This document shows, piece by piece, positions 58,863 to 64,000 of a stretch of 64,000 bases of DNA. The notes under the pieces are model-generated. The model did not search any database. It saw only the letters and a list, made by a program, of their open reading frames with translations, and was not told the origin of the DNA. A program made the translations under genes and the position numbers. Position 1 is the first letter of the stretch; every line of letters begins with the position of its first letter. Source of the DNA: Octopus vulgaris (taxonomy: Eukaryota); NCBI GenBank assembly GCA_951406725.2, contig OX597837.1, positions 38,626,001 to 38,690,000 of the forward strand, written 5' to 3'.

Positions 58863-59306
58863 GGAAAAGAAGAAGAAGAAGAAGAAGAAGAAGAAGAAGA
58901 AGAAGAAGAAAAAGAAGAAGAAGAAGAAAGAGAAGAATGGGCTCTTTATTTTTCTTTCGCTTCTTCCGCTTTTACATTCATTATCTTCTTCTTTTTCTTC
59001 TTCTTCTTCTTCTTCTTCTTCTCCTCCTCCTCCTCTTCCTTTGTACTTCTTCTGGGTTGAGGGTGGATGGTCGGAACCGACGGTAAAAGGATGAATTTGT
59101 GATGTTCATGAGTCTCTTCTTACGAATGTCATAAAAAGAGGTTTCTTTTCCCATTTCTCATCATTTGCAATTGGGAAAAAAAAATTGGATTCTTGTCTCC
59201 GAGAAAACGAAACAAATGGCAAGTTATGCTTCATGAATACATACATGTGTGAGTATGTGTGTGTGTGTATGTGTATATATATATTACACCACACACATAT
59301 ATATAC

Positions 59307-59361
<55 letters not shown>

Positions 59362-59415
59362 CATATGTACATACATATATACACATACATATGTACATAC
59401 ATATATACACATATA

Positions 59416-59447
<32 letters not shown>

Positions 59448-59602
59448 CACATATATATATGTAAATGTATGTGTATGTATATTATATGTATATATATATA
59501 CACTTTCATACACTAATACACACATATATGTATAACATGAGTGCCAGTCCGCCGGCGTTGCTGTGTATGTCTGTGCATGTAGATGTATGTGAGTGTTTGT
59601 GA

Positions 59603-59654
<52 letters not shown>

Positions 59655-60325
59655 ATATATATATAGTTAGATAGATGTGGATATATGCATATTCATATAT
59701 ATGTACATACTTTGATATTTATGTATATATATATATATATATATACGAATACACTTAGTGTATAGATACATATATGCATGTATGTATGTGTCTGTGTGTC
59801 TCCAAACACACACTCCGCCATTCCATTGTTCGTTCATTAACCACGGCTGTCGTCGTCTATTCATTAAAGACGATGAATAAGAAAACGTGTATTCGGGAAG
59901 GGAAAACAAAAATATGAGAAGCAGAGCATTATGGGAAGGAACCGGAAGACAAAAGAGTTACAATCTAGAGATATTTCTCATAGACGTTCATATATTGACA
60001 CCATTCCCTGGTGTATATGGCGGTGGGTACGAGCGGGTTGATGACGTGACTGTAGGTATTGGTGGCAGTCTGTAGGTCTATGCGTGTGTGTGTGTATGTA
60101 TGTATGTATGTATGTATTTATGTTTGTATGTATGTATGTATGTGTGTATGTGTGTATGTATGTATGTATGTTTGTATGTATGTGTGTGTGTATGTATGTA
60201 TTAATGTATGTTTGTATGTTTGTATGTATGTATGTATGTATGTACCTATCTATCTGTCTATCTATTTGCCTATGTGTATCTGTACGTGTGAACAGGTATA
60301 GCTATATGTGTATGCACATGAATGA

Positions 60326-60356
<31 letters not shown>

Positions 60357-60470
60357 TATATGTATGTATATCCGTATAAGTATATATGTATATACATATA
60401 TATGTCTATATGTATATTTATATATGCATATGTATATATGTATATGTATATATAATTATATATATGTATG

Positions 60471-60528
<58 letters not shown>

Positions 60529-60676
60529 CATGTATGTATGTATGTATGTATGTATGTATGTATGTATGTTCAGGCAATATTACGTCTGATAACGTTAAGT
60601 AATGCGCACATGCAATTAATGCACAATTAGCGATTATATATATATATATATATATGTGTGTATATATATATATATG

Positions 60677-60784
<108 letters not shown>

Positions 60785-60814
60785 CATATATATATATATA
60801 AGAAGTTAGCTTGT

Positions 60815-61040
60815 GGATGTGTGCTAAGAAGTAAGTTTGCTTCCAACTCAGACGTTTCCGGGTTCACTCCACTGCGTGGCATCTTGAGCAAATGCCTTCT
60901 GTTATAGCCTCGCGCCAACCAAACCCTTGTGAGCGGTTTTAGTAGCCGGGAAATGAAGGAAGTCCACCGTATATGTATATATCTATGTGCTTTTGTTTTC
61001 CTCTTTGTTCTCCACCACTGCTTGACAACCGGTGTTGGAG
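60815..61040 (+). mobile_element. SINE family A, diverged 5' part
   Basis: GGGTTCACTCCACTGCGTGGCATCTTGAGCAAATG. Confidence 0.75.
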
Positions 61041-61136
61041 CCTATGAGTCCATTACACCTTATAGCAGAAACATCGATAAGCTTATGTAATGCATAACAT
61101 AATTTTTTATTCGTCATCCCCATTTCTTATACATAT

Positions 61137-61204
<68 letters not shown>

Positions 61205-61348
61205 TATATAAAGTAAAGAGTAAAAGAGTCAAAGAGGAAGAGTAAGTACGATTAGGCAGCTTTTTAATGATCACTACAAATGATTCGATACATATAGATC
61301 TACGTATTGATACAGGATTTTAATTAAATTGAGTTGGGAACACACCTC

Positions 61349-61457
<109 letters not shown>

Positions 61458-61581
61458 CTATATATATATATAAATTAGAAAAAAAACACCTTTTATCAAT
61501 TCAATAATGTAAAATTAAATTTAGTATTTCTAAATTGAATTTTTCCCTTTAAGTTTGGAATAATATTCCCTCATATTATTA

Positions 61582-61651
<70 letters not shown>

Positions 61652-62274
61652 GCTGCTGCTGTTGTTGTTGTTGTTATATACATGCAGTTTGATTCGGATT
61701 CCGTGCTACTTCAATATTCGCAAACCCCTAACGGAGCCTGTTTCCTCAAACTGGTTGGAATATCAGAATGGACGGAGAAGTAGATGAAGTCCAAGGGGCT
61801 TGCGAAACTGGAAACAGCACGAAGTCCTAATCAAACTGTTTTGAATAATAAATGTAACTCCCAATAAACTTTATTTTGAGTGCCCTTTCTTGCGTTTGTC
61901 CATTCATATTAAAGATGAAAATGGTGGAAATATTGTTTGCAGAATCGTTATATAACAAAATGGGAATCTGGAAATTCTTTTGGTACTATTTATGTACCAT
62001 TACACATAGGAATTACAAAGTCTTACATGATAGATAAATATGTAAGAAATTTCCTATCAGAAACTCTTCAGACAAAAAAATCAAATACTATTATTTGACT
62101 CTTTGAAGAATTTCGGATAGGAAACTTCTTACACTTTTTTTTCTAAAAATGTACGGCTTTGTAATTCCGATTAGCAAATGAAACATGTGTAATGGTGAAT
62201 AAATGATACCTAAAAGTTTTCAACTTCCTGTTTTGTTATATATGTGTGTCTGTGTGGGCGTGTGTACGCGCGAG

Positions 62275-62357
<83 letters not shown>

Positions 62358-62574
62358 GTGTGTGCGTGTGTAAGAGAGAGAGAGAAACAGAGAGAGAGAG
62401 ACATTGCGTTTGTCCCTCCTCCATTGTTTGTCAACAAGCGTTGGTTTGTTTATGTCCCCGCAACAGAGCGGTTCAGCAAATGAGACTGACAGATATAACT
62501 ACTACAAAAAAAATCCCGAAGTCGATTTCTTCGACTGGAACTTTTCACACAGTGCCTCCGCATGGTCGCAATCA

Positions 62575-63190
62575 AAAGTGGTGTGTCTCCCTACGCTGAT
62601 GACAACTTCTGGTATTTCTCATCCAGGAACAGGCTGCGTGAGTATCGAAAGAACCTGAAAAAAGTTCGAGCATTTCCAACAAGTCAACCTCCGGCACATC
62701 CTTAACATCAAATGGCAGCACCGATGGACCAACAACGCTCAGAAATACTGAATATTGAAGCTATCACCCTCAAGCATCTCCTCGGGTGTTCATGGCATGT
62801 CATCCGAATGGCCCCTTTAAGACTCCTGAGGACCATCCTCTACAACGAGTTCGTCAACGGGAAACGTCATCGAGGAGCCCCAAAACGCAGAATCAAGGGC
62901 CAGCTCAAATCTCCCTTCTTACAAGCCGGAATCAGCCCTAACATCTGGGAAACAGAAGCCGCTGACTGTCCATCCTGGCGAAGAGCAATTCATTTCGGTT
63001 GTTCCACCTTCGATGAGAGGAGAAAGAGGGAGAGGGAGAGGAAAAGAAGGCAATTCCAGTCAAGACCATCAACCATTCTGCCATGCGATCAGTATCCGAG
63101 ACTGTTCCATCCCTGACTTGGCCTTCTTAGCTATGTCAGGTTTAAGCATCATGGACGCGCCGGATGAACCAAGCTTGAACACGACTGGTG
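62575..63190 (+). pseudogene. RTE-clade LINE 3' fragment
   Basis: HVIRMAPLRLLRTILYNEFVNGKRHRGAPKRR...WETEAADCPSWRRAI, typical of the RTE/BovB-like C-terminus. Confidence 0.85.
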
Positions 63191-63577
63191 CCGCCGCCGA
63201 CGACGACGATGACGACGTTGCATATATATGTAGAGTCGGACTGTGACTCCTGTGCTGTCTCAGACGAATGTGCGACTCAGACGAATGATGAAGATGCCAG
63301 AGTGGTCGGCGAATATTCGTCGAACGCCCTGTTTCACGCTGTCATTGTGCTTTTGGGGCATGAAGCAAAGCAGGCCTTGCCGTCCTCTGAAGGGAACACA
63401 TAGTAAATGATCCACCAGAACTCCAGCAAACTGAGTCCTCAACTTGTTCCATTTGCCAAAATGTTTGCAAGGCACCAGCAGGGCCTCAAGAGACACATTT
63501 CTGACCAGAGAACATGATTAACGCTTTATTTTGCTGAACACTCATTTGTCGTTCACGACAAGAGAATCCATTATATA

Positions 63578-63613
<36 letters not shown>

Positions 63614-63712
63614 ACGGGAAGCTTTATGAAAATAAACAAAAGACGAAGGCAGGTGGAAAACAAACGAACAATTGTATTAGTATGGCGCTCAGGAAATATA
63701 AATAAAACAAGT

Positions 63713-63748
63713 CTTTAACGTTTCGAGCCTACGCTCTTCAACAGAAAG
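63713..63748 (-). ncRNA. Minimal hammerhead-like motif with CUGUUGA core, inside a PLE-like pseudo-LTR (~63610-63960)
   Basis: CTTT-CTGTTGA-a-GAGC-gtag-GCTC-GAAA-CG-TT^-AAAG. Confidence 0.55.
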
Positions 63749-64000
63749 ATACACAGAGAGAGAAAAACACAGAAAGAAGGAGAGAAAAAAAATGCGTGCA
63801 GTAGCTAACGAATCAACATGGCGATCTGATTTCGGCCAGAGGTCAAAGATCAAACATGAGACGCGAGAGCGAAATAAGGGGAGATAATAGGGTTGATAAA
63901 AGGGTTGAGGGATCAGCTAAAAGTGCGTGGGAGGGGTCTGGATGTGTGTATGTATAGGGTTGGTGTATGTATTAGTATGTATAAGGGTGTGTGTGTGTGT

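Overview
Eukaryotic, apparently intergenic or intronic DNA with no host protein-coding gene I can support. About half of it is simple-sequence repeat ((TA)n, (TG)n, (GA)n, (GATA)n, (GAT)n, (GGT)n, (ACT)n), which explains almost every ORF in the supplied track. The rest is mostly transposon debris: about 19 copies or fragments of one tRNA-headed SINE (family A), about 12 of a second SINE (family B), two related tRNA-headed SINEs (C/D), four 5'-truncated L1/Tx1-like LINE copies, an R4/Dong-type LINE split by an insertion, an RTE fragment, Penelope-like (PLE) RT and GIY-YIG fragments, four mariner relics and a non-autonomous Helitron. The repeat landscape resembles an octopus genome (from memory, not verified). 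Three things stand out: (1) a Tx1-like LINE and SINE B share a 3' tail and sit in (GATA)n tracts, suggesting a microsatellite-targeting LINE/SINE pair; (2) several type I hammerhead-ribozyme motifs, some with unusually long stem II inside inverted-repeat elements and some with a recurrent non-canonical CUGUUGA core; (3) an array of GTTGCTA motifs paired at a fixed 21-bp spacing. Coordinates were read by eye and may be off by a few bases. No database searches were run.
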